The notes under the pieces were generated by a model that was given only the letters and a program-made list of their open reading frames with translations, did no database searches and was not told the origin of the DNA. The position numbers were made by a program, and so were the translations under genes. From Dicyema japonicum (lineage: Eukaryota > Animalia > Dicyemida): a stretch of 64,000 bases of DNA. The stretch lies in the NCBI GenBank assembly GCA_011109175.1, contig RDEW01000014.1, positions 682,001 to 746,000 of the forward strand, written 5' to 3'. Of the stretch, positions 27,291 through 40,645 are shown piece after piece; the stretch's first letter is position 1, and every line of letters begins with the position of its first letter.

Positions 27291-28479
27291 TAATTATAAC
27301 TTTATAAAATAATAATCTATTAAAAAAACTTACTAAATTTTTGTGGTGTATTGGAAAAAAATGTTCAGTTCTACTCACAACCCATATTTCTTTCTCAAGT
27401 TTAGCTATAGTTTTCCCGAAACGAGTAAAACTCATGGAATCAAAAGCGATATTTAAAATGGATTCTTCAAAATCATTAATTTATTTGATGGTTCCTTTTA
27501 TTGTTTCATTTTTTCTTGATTCGCATAATATTTCAGCATAAATTTCTTCAGTGTAATAATTCCTCTATAATTTCTGATACTTTTTCATCGCTTTGATGAT
27601 TGAGATTGTTTCTTTGTTGTAAATACTGTTCCATTTTTCTCTGCTCTACTTATAGCCAGACGAATTATCGTTTCCTTGGAGAAATGCTTTTTGGAGTTTT
27701 CTTCGAGAAAAGACAAGTTTCATTGCAATTAAAAATATTTTCCTTCCCATATTTGACAATTTTTCATTAAAGAGTGACAAAACTATCAATTCCGTCACTT
27801 AAAAATGAATTTTTGTCACCTGTAATACACTAGAATTTCAACACTTTTTTAAAGTTTTCTAACCACCCATTTATGCCTTAAAAGTCTTAAACGTAATCTA
27901 TGTGAAGTGCTAAAACCTAAAGGTCAATATGGAGATTACCAATTTTTTAATGAGGGGCCACTAACTGGGACATTTTGCAATCTCAAGTACTGAAATACAC
28001 CGAGAATTTTTGAATCCAACAATTTAAAAGTGTCTTCATTCTTCTCACCAATTTTAGTCTTGAACAGATGTTCTCACCAATCAAAAGTGACCTTTTATCT
28101 TTTTTTATCCAACTGTAGTTCCAATGCTCGTTCAGAACTTTTGTGCTAAAAATCTGTGAGAATAATTATTTTCGATAAAAGAAGAGCTTTGTATTTTAGG
28201 CTCATTTTAAGAACGTTACAAAAATATAAAGACAACATAAACCGTTAAATAACTCATAATTTATAAATTTGTTCCACATCGAGGTTTTCATCTTAAAGGA
28301 TCTTTTCCATTTCTACGAAAATAGTGTTCAACAATCTAAGGGTCTTCCATAAACCGAGGTGAGGTTTTCTATGAATCGAGATCGGACTGTATATGATGGT
28401 TAGGCCCTCTTTGCTTTGGCTGAAGGAATGGCCTTAAACAGCTTTCGCCGGACGTGTGCCCTCGAAAACAAAAGGACCT

Positions 28480-30910
28480 GATTTCAGTGATCCAGCTCAA
28501 CGTGAATGGAATCAAGGTAAAATCTTAGAGCTCAGAACACTCATCTCAAAAATCAAAATTGAGATCCTTAATTCAAGAGTCTAAATTGACTCCGAAGGAC
28601 TCTACGCCTATTTTTCCTGGATTCAATGTTATTCGGAAAGATCGTACAAAAAATGTGGAGGTTATTAGAAAGGGACTCAAGTATCAGGACTGTTCATAGA
28701 AATAAAAAACCTTGGGACGATGAAACCACGGAAACCATTGGAATCTCTGTGAGTTCAACAAAAGGAAAATTGTTTCTGGTGAACGACTATATACCTCCTC
28801 CTGGCTCATGCCCTAAGAAGTATTCAATGGTTGACTTATCTATTTTGGAAAATATGGGGGATATCTTGATCTGCGGAGACCTGAATGCCAAACATCCCCT
28901 TTTCCTGTCAAGTCAGCCTGCCGATGCAAGAAGAAGACTTCTACTCTCGCAGTCTGGAAAACTGATGATCATTAATGTCCTTTCAAAACACACAAGAACC
29001 CCTTTCAGGAATTCTGACCAACCCACACCCCCAGACATCACTCTCTGGTCTCTAACCCTCTCTACAAGAGTAACTTGGTCCGTCATATACGATACCAGAA
29101 GCGACCACAACCCTATTTTATTGAAAATCAGGAGGGAGGTATTTTGTGATAAGAAGAAGCCGACCTACATATACTAATCCGCAAACTGGAACCTTTTCCG
29201 GATTATTACTGAATATCGTTTGGCTGGCGTAAATCTGGAGGATTTCTCCTCCCTTGACAAGGCGATGTATCACATAAATGACATCATTCTGCAAGGGAGA
29301 AAAATGGCTGTCCCAATAAGACACACCTGCTACACAAGAGGCTTTGGAAAGAGGTTTTGGTCAAGGAAAGAAATAGCCTCAAAAAGCTGGAGTTCGCTTA
29401 ACTGAGGCAAAACTCCGACTGCAAGCGGTGAATGAAAACATAAAGGCAAAAGAACTTAAGATACAGAAAGCAAAATGGTCACGAGTTCTCACAGCTTTGA
29501 CCGAAATCAGACAATAGAAAATCATTCGGGACATATCAGGGCTGATGATAGACCAACCGACGAATCCGAATACAGCCAGAAGGATCTGAATTCCATTATG
29601 AAGTATTGTGTGAAAAATGACCATAAAAAGAAACGGAAGATCAAGACAGGTCAACCTCCTTTGGAAAAACCGAAGAGGGACTGCTTATCTTCCTACTTTT
29701 TAGAAACGGATGTAAAAGAAGCACTGCTCAATACTAAGACTACCTATTCTCACGACCCAGATGGAATCCTTGTTATCCTGCTGAAAAATCTTGGACCGGA
29801 GAGGAGCAGAACCCTTACAAAGATCTATAATTGGTCTTTAAGGGAAAATGAGATCCCCTCATCATGGAAACTCGCATAAATCCGCCCGATATTAAAGATG
29901 GGAAAACCAAAAAACGACCCGGCATCATCAGACGGTATCGTTGCTATCTTCAATGTAGAAAATTCTGGAAAAACTAGTTCTTCAGAAGATCAGATAAACA
30001 ATCCCAGAGAAACCATTCAAACATGGATTTAAATCGCTTCACTCGACTGATGCCCACCTACTTTCCCTGAGTGATTTTATTCGCTCGGTCGAGTTCCCGT
30101 TTAATTCCAAGTGGAATACCCCAAAGATCTTCTCAGTCCCCCTATACCCTTCAACTTTTTCTTGAATAATATCCTGACTCTGGAGCATGAGGATAACCTT
30201 TTACTGGCTTATGTAGATGATATTGTTATTATATCCAGGGACCAAGACGTTCAGGTCGCCTCGGAGAGATTATAATTACTTGTAAACTACTTAATCTACT
30301 GGTTAAATGAAAACAGTCTGTCGATTAGCCCGGAAAAATCGGTTACGTCTCTCCTTACCTCTGATCAGAGAATATCCAACAGGACAGTGGATATAGAAGC
30401 AGATGGAAGCAAGTTGCCATTCCAAAAATGGAAGAAGATCCTGGGAGTAGTATTTGACACCAATATGACTTTTTCGCGCCACGTGGGAAATGTTTTAAAC
30501 AAATGTGAAAAAAATCAACCTCTTGAAAGGGATCTCTGGCTTATAAAAGTTCGGAAGTCATTCCGTTCTGAAATCACTATACACCCAGTACGTCGAGCCA
30601 TGCATATCATATGCATGTGCATCATGGGGCACCTCAATTTCTTGGACGAATGCCAAGAGAATTGCGGCAACCCAAAAAAGCGTTTTCAGTGATAGAAAAC
30701 TGGATCAAAGGCGATCTAAATTCTACACCTACCCCCTTGGAAGACCTAATAAGAAGAAAAGGAGGCCAAACTTAACGACATCAGAGAATCACTCGTTCAT
30801 TGTGAGCTTGTGTTGGATCGAGGGAAGTCACCGGGTCAAGCTGAGAGTCCAATTGAAATTCGTTGGGATCACATAATTTCTTGTTTTTGTCTTTAACTGT
30901 GGTCTTGGAA
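28480..30910 (+). mobile_element. Decayed Jockey/I-like LINE ORF2 (APE + RT)
   Basis: QLNVNGI, GDLNAKHP, SDHNPIL, DPDGI..IPSSWKLA, AYVDDIVI and KILGVVFDTNMTF, with frameshifts and an internal deletion. Confidence 0.85.
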
Positions 30911-30939
30911 ATAAATTTCAATTCATTTATTTAACAATT

Positions 30940-31255
30940 CATTGAACCATGCATCTCTTACGCATCTTGTATATGGGGCCCATTCATCTTTTGAACAACT
31001 GTCTTGAAGATCGAGGCTAGCCGAAAAAGAGTCTCCAAAATCACGGAACGCTGGATTTCTGGAGAGTTCCAGTTATCAATGCCTCTTGAAGCTTTGATAC
31101 AAATGAACCATGGAACGCGCCGTCGTTACTGCGAAGGTCGACTGATACGTGCTTGTGTGGGGTTGAGGGAGAAGCATCGGGGCAAGATGGGGTCCCTGCT
31201 AGAGCGTGCTAGGATCACGTGATTAGTTAGTTTGTGTAACCGTGGTCTCTGGTGT
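30940..31255 (+). mobile_element. Jockey/I-like LINE 3' fragment
   Basis: Highly similar to 19365-19665. Confidence 0.75.
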
Positions 31256-32396
31256 TAAAAAAATAAATTGTTGCTTGGAAGCGGAGAGTTACTTTTTTAG
31301 CCATCGGTTTCTTTAACTTGAATCGATCAGGGGTAACTAAATAAATTAATTAAGCCACCTCCTCGACCATTCTGCAATCCGGAATAGTCCGGTTTTCTCA
31401 TTCTCCCCGACTTTCATCAGCAGTATAAGATCGAAAGAAACACCTAAATATCGGAAAAAACTCACACTATTTAAAATCCTGTTAAAAAAAGGAAACAGTA
31501 CAAAATACCCACTTACGTGTTATGGAATAGCGGGATCACTTAATTAGATGGTTTAACTCCTTTCATGATGTTCCCCTTTTCGAGTTAAATAATGTAAGTG
31601 ATCCCAATGTCCATTCCTAACTTTTTTAAGGTTTCTTCACACATTTTTGGGAGGATTTCGGATAAGACCTGACTTCCGACTCAGGAGATGCTCTGGAGAC
31701 TTAACCATTACAAGAAAATTTCTCATAATCAATAATTAGCGCGCCGTTTAACTTTTTCTGTGATAACGAGGTGGGTGTTCGTTTTGGACATCGCAATAAA
31801 GCCACGATGCATCAATTCTGTAGCACATTTTCAATTGAAGAAGATTCTTTTCCACCACTCAAAAATTTACTAATCTTGATGTTTCGGGTGCTTCTCGGAA
31901 TCTATGCTTATATTCAACTGGCAAAATGGACTTAAAGAAAATATAATGAAACTTGTCACTAATAAAATTTCACTGTGAGTTGCATCTACTTTTGTATTGT
32001 AGGATTATATAAAAATACTCAAAGAAGTGAAATAAATACTCAAACTTTCATTAAGAAATCTTAAGGACAGTGAAATCTCTGGTGGCACTCCGAGATCGAA
32101 GTAAGGCGATTACAAAATGTGAACATTTCTTTAGGTAAACCATCAAATTAGTGAAGCGACGTTAGTTTTGTAAATTATTCAGTTCGCCGTCTTGAATATA
32201 TTTTTTTGATAAATTCACTTTGCCAATTTGATAAAGTCATATAAAGTTTTTAATAGGGTCAGTTAAAAATTAAGATATAGCACTTAAAATAGCATAGCAT
32301 TTATGAATCTAAAAGTATAACATTAAAAAAATTTAATTATGATATTATTTTAACAAAAAAAATGTATTTAAAAAAAAATTTATTACAGCTCAAAAA

Positions 32397-32600
32397 TAGC
32401 GCAGTGTCATAAGTGCCGGGAAAAAAGTTTTGCTAGCCCCGAATTTCGCTGCTGTAGGTTCCACGCATCTACGATGCTTTGGTTTGACGATTGATGACGT
32501 CACCAATGAATATATTTCACTGTGGAACCGGATCTTCTATAGAGGACATACACGCAACAAAAGAAAAAAGAAGTGAAGAGAATTCCTTGGTTTTCTTATG
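32397..32600 (+). mobile_element. SINE family A, 3'-truncated copy
   Basis: gcgcagtgtc..gtgccggg head and aggttccacgcatctacgatgc body. Confidence 0.75.
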
Positions 32601-33339
32601 TCGCCAAAATATGTGGTTATGGCGTGGAAAGGAACTGTCTCAATAAATTATCAATAGAAGAAACAGTGAGGGCATACAGTCAGTCGTGCTTAAGAAAACT
32701 CTCCAAAGTTTGATCATCGAACATAGGCATGCGATTAAGGTCTTTGAAAATAATTTCATATATACTTCCAACAAACTTGTGGAACTGACATGTGATTATT
32801 ATGAGTATACTAAATTGAATTTGGGTATAGGAGATGACTGATTTGTATGCGGAGAGGGAATCTATTGGAAGTTAACTTCTCTAGAAGAATGATTTCTAAC
32901 CTTTAAAATATATAACTTTAATTATTAATAGTGTGTTATATATTTTTTCACGTTGGTGGCTGGATCTCTCTAAAATCATAATTGTGTAGACATTGTGCTA
33001 ATAGCATTTATCACATTCGTTTATAACTAATTTTATCTCACCCGTAAGACCACTCTTAGGAAAACAGAATAGCAGAAACAACTTTAAACAGAAAATAGGA
33101 GATACATTAGAAAGTTATTTAATTAGTCCTGCCTCTATTGCCTGGACTCTTCACAGTCCTTCTTCTCCAACCAGTTCCTCAGTCTTGATTATGATCTAAA
33201 TGGGTGAAACCGTGGGTTCAACCAATTTCTCTTAAGAAACAGAAAACTGAAACCGTAAAAAATGCATATTTAAATTATGTATAATAATTTTTTCCATTAA
33301 CACAAAATTCACTTTTAGTAATAAGACGAAGTACGAGAA

Positions 33340-35990
33340 CAAAGCCAGTGAGAACAACTCAGGTATGTCTCTTATGTGGACAATCGAATATCAAGAAATT
33401 TGGAATTAACTGCACACCATGTGAATCATTTATCCTTTTGGGCTGCATCAAAATGAGTAAAGCTTGCGCCGAGACGCTGTCGAGTTGGCTGTGCTTCTCT
33501 TGTATTGGAAAGGAGGTCCCCAGTGGTGAAAAAATAGCTCAGCCAAACTTTACACTGCCGCATACAGACCACACTCTCTTGAAGATCTCGATGAAGATCC
33601 CAGTAAAAATTCCTAAAGGAGTACGAACTCAACTTAACCGGGAAACTGAAAGGAAGCATAATGAATTTTGGCAGTCATAACGTACACGCAATACTTTAAC
33701 AGCCACTTATTACCAATGCGGTCTAAACCAGAGGAGCATTCACCAAAGATGCCCCCAACAAACTAAAGGAGAGAGTGAACCGGAAACTTCTGGAGGGCGA
33801 CGTGCGGGCAGCCATACGGGTTATCACGTCCGATGACATCGTGTTGTCTTGTACCCCCGCGGTCCTGAATACCTTAATACTGAAGCACCCAAGTGCACCG
33901 ATTGACTATGTAAAGTTTTCGAATCCTGAAGGAACCCCGGAGATAATGATAACCGAATCCGCTAATAACAGCGGAGGCTTGTAAGGGTTACGTCCTGGCC
34001 ATATTAAGGACCTTACGTCCACTTACACCTCGGAAGCTGGAAGCTGTCTTGTCAAATCAATTACGGAACTAATCAGAAAAATGGTTAACGGCGACAATAT
34101 ACAAGAGAATTGCTCTTCTCCGCAAGGCTTTTTGCTTTCAAAAAACCAAATGGGGGAATCCGTCCCATTGCGGTCGGGAACTATTTCAGAAGACTCGCAG
34201 CAAAGGTAGCATCGACTCTGGTGAGCCGACAATTTGGAGAGGAGTTCTTTCCTAAACAAATGGGTGTTAGTATCCAGAACGGGTGTGAAGCTGCGGTTCA
34301 TGCAGCAAGGCGTTTCTTTACACAGAGAAATATTTCAAATAAATGCATTGGAATTATTTAGACATAACGAATGCCTTCAATTCTCTCAGAAGAGATAAAA
34401 TCCTGGAAACGTGTTGAAAGAGGGTTTCAAAGCTTTTAACTTTTGTAAATTATCCTATGGGGAAGATATAGTATTTGAAAATGAAATTATTAAATAAAAA
34501 ACGGGGGTCCAACATAGAGATTCACTCGGACCTATCATATTTGCTCTGAAAAATTAAAGATGTTGTGCGATCAATTGATGCAAGCTAAATCTCTGGTATC
34601 TCGACGATGCCACAATTGGAGGATCATTCAAAAAACATACAATTCATTACGTAAAGCGTTACCCGCTTTAACACGGGCTTGGAAATTCAATGTTAACAAA
34701 TCAGAGCTAATAAATGTCTCATATCCAAACACCGACTTTCTCCCTATCAAGGAGTCTTTTAACGAACTGCTTCCTGGGATCCCGACTGTACCAGTTGATA
34801 AATTATATTTCTTCGGATGCCCACTCAGTAAAGAAGAACTCAAGAACCATCTACTTTCCAAAAATGAAGAACTAACACGCCTCGCGAAAAGATTGTCATG
34901 TCTCGACTCTCACACATCCTTCTTTCTGATGAGAAAAAACATCGGACTACCCAAGCTTTTATATCTACTTCGGTGTTCACCCTGCTACGAACAATACGAC
35001 AAATCTTCCAAACAAACTGTTGAGTCACTAATTAACGTCCGCTTCGACAAACTTGGTTGGAAGCAATGTAAGCTTCCCTTTGGATTTGGGGGTGTCGGTC
35101 TAAGATCGGCACTGGAGGTTGTTTCAAGCTGCAACCATTTGACACGGCAAGTCCTTCATCACACTATCGGACTTCGTTGGAATGAGTCATTTGACGAAGC
35201 CTATCGGAAATGGAACGGGTCTGGACTCAAAATCCCTGAAGACACAACAAAGCAACATAATAGGATAACATTTCTGCTTCAAATTTTGGAAGACCATAAA
35301 AAGAAGCAAATCAACATCGTCTGGCTTGTTTGGTGTCAGCTTCAAGTGGAAGGAGTGGATCATGGCTTGGTGCAATACTTTGTCCAAACTTAGGGACTTT
35401 TTTGGACGACGATTCTTTGAGGATTGGAATCGGACAAAGGCTAGGAATAGACGTTTGCCAGGAGCACCGATGCCGCTTCGGGAATATAGTTGATGTGAAG
35501 GGATTACAAGAAGCGCCGGAAGAGGACCAAGTCAAGCTGCTTTGAACGATGTGATCGTCAGAGTTCTGAATGCTACAGGCTTCCCATCACAGCTTGAACC
35601 AGTGGATCTCGATCGAGGAAATGGAAAGAGACCTGACGGGATGACCCTTTTCCCCTACACATCCGGAAGATCTTTGGTCTGGAACGTAACTTGTGTTGAC
35701 ACATTTTTAAGCTCGAATTTTTTTAAATCGATTCAGACACCTGGAGCAGCTGCTTCAAGTGCGGAAAACCTAAAAATCAAGAAATATTCTTGCCTTGGGG
35801 ACCGGTACCGATTCACTCCTGTTGCGGTCGAGTCAACAGGAGCCGTCCAATGACGGCTGAGTTCTTGGGCGAACTCAGAGGAATGCTTGTCTGAAAAAAG
35901 GGATCAACTAGAAGGGTTCTGGCTGAGACAAAATTGGAATGGCTATACTCTGAGGGAACTCGTTCGCGATCCACGCAGCAGGCTTCTTCA
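33340..35990 (+). mobile_element. Near full-length decayed CRE-type non-LTR retrotransposon (PHD-like finger, RT, RLE)
   Basis: N-terminal C-x2-C...C-x2-C..WLCxxC finger; KKPNGGIRPIAVG, WYLDDATIGG, LPFGFGGVGLR; RLE motifs KRPDG..W.VTCVDT..FTPVAVESTG. Confidence 0.88.
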
Positions 35991-35994
35991 ATTA

Positions 35995-36240
35995 ACATTT
36001 GTTTATTATTACCACTTTCACGAGAGCCATAATACTTACAGCCCCGCATGTGCAGCAAAAAAATGTAAGAGAAAGAGTTAGCTTGCTCCAATCTCTTCTG
36101 TTCTTGGCCAGATCCCTCAGTGTGTCCAGGTCGTCACCAGATGCCAATGTTTTCTTCACGGCTTTCAGATCGTTTTGTCAAACGACCGAGAGGGTTTTCT
36201 CGGTCTTCCACGAAAGCGTTTTACATTGGAGGAGTAGTAA
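35995..36240 (-). mobile_element. RTE LINE 3' end
   Basis: DDLDTLRDLAKNRRDW-type end, with a 3' UTR shared with 46775-46920. Confidence 0.75.
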
Positions 36241-36324
36241 TCTTCCACTGCGATATTCATTTGTAATAATATATTAATATAAAAAATAAACAGTGAATTT
36301 ATAGATGAAATTAAAATCGGTTAA

Positions 36325-36480
36325 TCATAGGAAGATAGTTGATGTGAAGGGATTACACCCGCTGTCCTGCAGAAGAAGCGTCGGAAGAGGACCAAGTCAA
36401 GCTGCTTTGAATGATGTGATCGTCAGAGTTCTGAATGCTACAGGCTTCCCATCACAGCTTGAACCAGTTGGTCTCGATCG
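36325..36480 (+). mobile_element. Second CRE fragment duplicating 35485-35615
   Basis: Near-identical DNA. Retains HPLSCRRS, which is deleted in the main copy. Confidence 0.8.
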
Positions 36481-39400
36481 AGTGGGTCTCGATATGGTTG
36501 AGCTGGTGACGTGGCTCTATTGCACACATGTCTTTTTCGTGCTTTTCTTCGGGATCTTTCATTATTAGCTCGTTCAATGTAAGAGGATTAAATTCGGATA
36601 CTAAAAGAAGAAATTTATGCGTGGATCTTGGATTGTACAAGGTAACCATGGCGTGCTTACAGGAAACGAAAGTAAAAGGCGGACTAGATGAAATCAACTA
36701 TGATTTCCGCCTGATTCTGCACCCTTCGAATTGCCCACACTTCGGAATGGAATTTGCAATACAAAAAGAACTGAACAATCGAATCCACAAGACGTGGAGG
36801 GTGAGCGATAGAATATGTGTTTTACAATTAAAATACGGTGAAAGGAACAATTCCATAATCTCCATTATTAATGTATATGCACCAACTTCGGCGAGAGTAT
36901 CAATAAATGGAGACGAACTAGACGACTTCTATTCCTCCCTGTCGCAACTATATGCATCTTTGGAAACATCGTTCATGACATACATCGCCGGAGATTGGAA
37001 CGCAAAGGCAGGACGTGGGAGTAGTCACGAAGAATTCATGGGAAGCCATGGAAGGGGGATCAGGAACCATTCAGGAGAATCGCTTATCAAATTTTGCAAT
37101 ACATTCAAACTATTTCTATGCAACACTGCTTTCAGGCACTCAGCAAGACATAAGACGACATGGAGCTGCTACCGAAAGGACAAATCTGGGACTATCAAGC
37201 CTATATATAACCAAATAGATTACATTATCTGCAAACAAGCCTACAAGGCACTGCTAACAGATTCTCGTAGCTACAGTGGGACACTAGTAGATAGTGATCA
37301 CAGATTGGTTGTGGCACGTTTCCTTTTCAAACGATATTTTGGGGTTTCCAAAGCGGCTGGCATGAGGATATCTGAGGGGAGGTTCGCAGTAGAGCAACTC
37401 TGCATGGTGGGACCGACTCGGGAAAGCTATCAAAATACATTGAGAGAAAAGATCAGACAGTGGAATAAAGAGAAAATGCCTGGGGAGCTGGCAAGACACC
37501 ATCGATGCAATAAAGTGCGCAGCCCATTCAACAGTTGGAGTAAAACCGAAGCATTTCAACGGACACTATGACCACGAGCTTGAAGAACTATCCAAATTGC
37601 AGAGGAACCTACGTTTACAGGTCGAAACCTGCAGGACCAGGCAAAGGAACACACTCTAAGAGTCATGCGGAACCAAACCCTGTATAAAATAAAGAAAAGA
37701 ACGAGGGAAATAAAGGAAAATAAACTTGCTGGAATGGCTAAAGAAGTAGAAAGACTCAAAAACGGAGCGCAGATGTTCAAGGCTGTTCACCTACTACATA
37801 GAGACACGCAGTCATCAAAAATCACAATACATGACCAGTTTGGAAAGACTATGTTAAACAAAAATGAAATTCTATCGGCCATATCCAGCCATTATCAGCA
37901 GGCCTTCAATCAAAACCACGGGGAAAAATCAAACAATTCGATGGTGAAGCACGAGAACTAAATATTCCGATAACGATTCTGGAAACAAAAAAAGCCCTGG
38001 ACAAACTGAACAACAATAGAGCTGCTGGCCCTGACAACATAAATGCAGAACTTCTCAAATATGCACCGACCGAGATCTCTGAACTATTAACTGAGATATA
38101 CAACAAAACATTCAAATACAACTCACCACTGGATGTGGGTAATGGCACACTAATTGCACTACAAAAACCGGGCAAAGCTAAAGGCCCCTTAACGAATTTA
38201 AGACCCATCGTACTATTGACGACTCTACGCAAGACACTATCACTTATAGTGCTGAACAGGATTGGATCTGACATCGAGAACTTTCTCTCTCACGGTCAAA
38301 GCGGATTCAGGTCAGGGAGATCTACAGCTGATGTGGTCTGGGGACATCGATGGCTTTGTGCAACACATCAAAAGTACAAGGGGCTATTGGCATCCTTGGC
38401 ATGGACATGTCCAAAGCCTTTGACTCTATACACAGAGGGAGACTATTCGATATCTTGGAGAATGTGGTTGACGATGACATTTTCAGAATGATCCGTCTAT
38501 TACTTGGAATAACGCTGATAAGTGTACGTTTTGGAAATTTGTCGTCTGTCCATTCGAGACAATGTACGGGGTACCGCAGAAAGATTCCTTGTCACCGGTA
38601 CTTTTTGTGACATATCTGGATGCGGGTCTCGGATACTTCAGACTATTTATTGGCGACTTACCTTAAACTGAAGTGATTTATACAGATGATAATGACTATA
38701 TATACAGCGACGAGAAAACATTAAACTATATACGGACAAGGATTCCAAATGTGCTAGAAAAATGGTTCATCAAAATCAATACGGAAAAGACGGAGACAAC
38801 TACCATACGCCGTGAACTAACCCGAACTGATGAAAAATGGAGATACTTTAAAAAATTGGGATCGTTGCTCGGAGACGCTGAAGATATCACTAACAGGAAG
38901 ATGCTGACCGTCGCGGCCTTTAGAAAAATGGGAGTAGTCTGGAATCATCGTAAACAAATTAGCACACAATTACGTGTGAGACTATACAATGCCTTCGTGG
39001 AAACCAGCCCTAATGTAAAACGCTGCAACCTGGGGTGTCTCAGAAGCGGTAATGGACAAACTAGATGCCTTCCATCGTAAGCAACTCCGACTGTTGCTTG
39101 GCATCAACTGGCCAAAAAAAATTACAAACAAGAATCTATACAAAGTATGTAGTACAAGACCATTGAGTCTGGATATCCTGGAATCAAAATGGCGTCTGTT
39201 TGGTCACATCCTTCGAATGAGCCAGATGACGCCTGCTAAAATAGCAATGGATAACTATTTCTGCCCAGAAGTGAATACCTCGTTCCGTGGAAGAACCTCG
39301 CATAACTTTGCCAGAGGTTCTACATAAGGACCTGACCAATGTAGGACGAAAGCTGAAAACTGGATATGATCTGGATACGCTCGGAATAATTGCCTGTAAC

Positions 39401-39531
39401 CGCGGAGCATGGAGGAAGTTAGTCAAGAGAATTGTGGAAGAAAAAATAACCTGAAGAAAATACGGCACAAGCGGAACCTTAATTAAATAAATTACATTTT
39501 TGGTTCTTCGAAAGTGCTATTAATAATAATA
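36480..39531 (+). mobile_element. Near full-length RTE-type LINE (APE + RT), frameshifted
   Basis: SFNVRGL, LQETK, GDWNAK, NQIDYI, SDHRLV; AAGPDNINAELLK, QSGFRSGRST, DMSKAFD, YTDD, LFGHILR; (AAT)n tail near 39520. Confidence 0.92.
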
Positions 39532-39649
39532 GTTCGAACATTTATTCTGTCAATAAAATAAACTTTAGGAATGTATAGACAACCAATTCTCTAATCTACC
39601 CTACATATTACGCATTCTTAATTCATTAATTTTTGATTTTTTAAAATTT

Positions 39650-40345
39650 TTATAGAAAGAAAATCTCTGAATTGGTCGGGAAAACAGACTGTTCCTATAT
39701 GAATGGAGAATCGGTGATTGTTCCATCACTGAAATTGACATTATCTGATGAGAACGGGTTGCATAAAGAGAACATGAAGGATGGAAAGGAAACGTCCACA
39801 ACAGAAGTTAGGCGATGCCCCAAATCTGACGGGTAAAAAAGCTTGCTTCAGACCAATTTTATTGACTGAAATAGTAGAAGCACTTCGACGATTTTAGTCC
39901 ATCCAAGTACAATTCAGGGAAAGAGAAATAGGAAATCCAATCCATGGTCTCCGAAGATGAGGTAGCCCTGTCAATAGCGCGGGCTAGAGCCTCGGCCGCC
40001 ACCACCCTCACGGACCTTGGGATTTTCAAAGGAATACGTATCTACACTCGTAGCATCGACGCAAGAAGTAGAATTTCTTCAGACGTAACGTGATCGATGG
40101 ACGATCAAAAAACAGGGACAGACATATTGTGGAATTTAGTAAATTCAGTAAGGAAATCAATTTTTTGGGTCTTAGAGAGTGGGGACAAATCCAAAAAGAC
40201 AAAGGTTTTAAAGACTTTCTCGATAGCCCGACACATCCCAGGTGGAATAACAAGGAAAATCAGAACAATGGATCCCAAGCTTTCACTTGTTACTCCGGGA
40301 ACAAACATGACAGGGAATATCTTTTTTGCTTTGTTATATAAGGAT
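39650..40345 (-). mobile_element. CRE-type 5' fragment with PHD-like finger
   Basis: FHLGCVGLS..FWICP and IPLKIPRSVR parallel ILLGCIK..WLC and IPVKIPKGVR at 33430-33625. Confidence 0.6.
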
Positions 40346-40350
40346 TTGTC

Positions 40351-40645
40351 AGGTGGCGCAGTGTAACGAGTGCCGGGCAAAAGAGTTGATGACCCCTAGT
40401 TCATGTCTCGCTTCTGTACATTCGGGCTGAAGGTTCCACGCATGCTTTGGTTTGACGATTGACGCCATAATTAGTAAGGATCTCACTGCGTATACAGGAT
40501 CGTTTATAAAAGGACTCACAACCAACAAAAAAATAAGAAGTGAAGAGCATTCTTTGGTTCTCCCTTGTCGATTAGTTATGATAACTGTTCTTTATTCAAA
40601 ATAAAGTGTGTGTAATGTTTTGGAAGAGGTATAGCTAATATATCG
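40351..40645 (+). mobile_element. SINE family A copy
   Basis: A-box-like TGGCGCAGTG, with conserved body and tail. Confidence 0.8.

Larger units (their letters stand above)
26458..28389. mobile_element. Outer TA-flanked TIR element (Tc1/mariner/pogo-like, non-autonomous)
   Basis: Left end TA|CAGTCCGACCTCAATT. Right end, reverse-complemented, TA|CAGTCCGATCTCGATT (14/16 match). Confidence 0.6.

Noticed and set aside
33000-33340. Spliced-leader RNA target next to the CRE element
   Set aside because: No recognisable SL exon, donor plus Sm-site arrangement or tandem array is visible.
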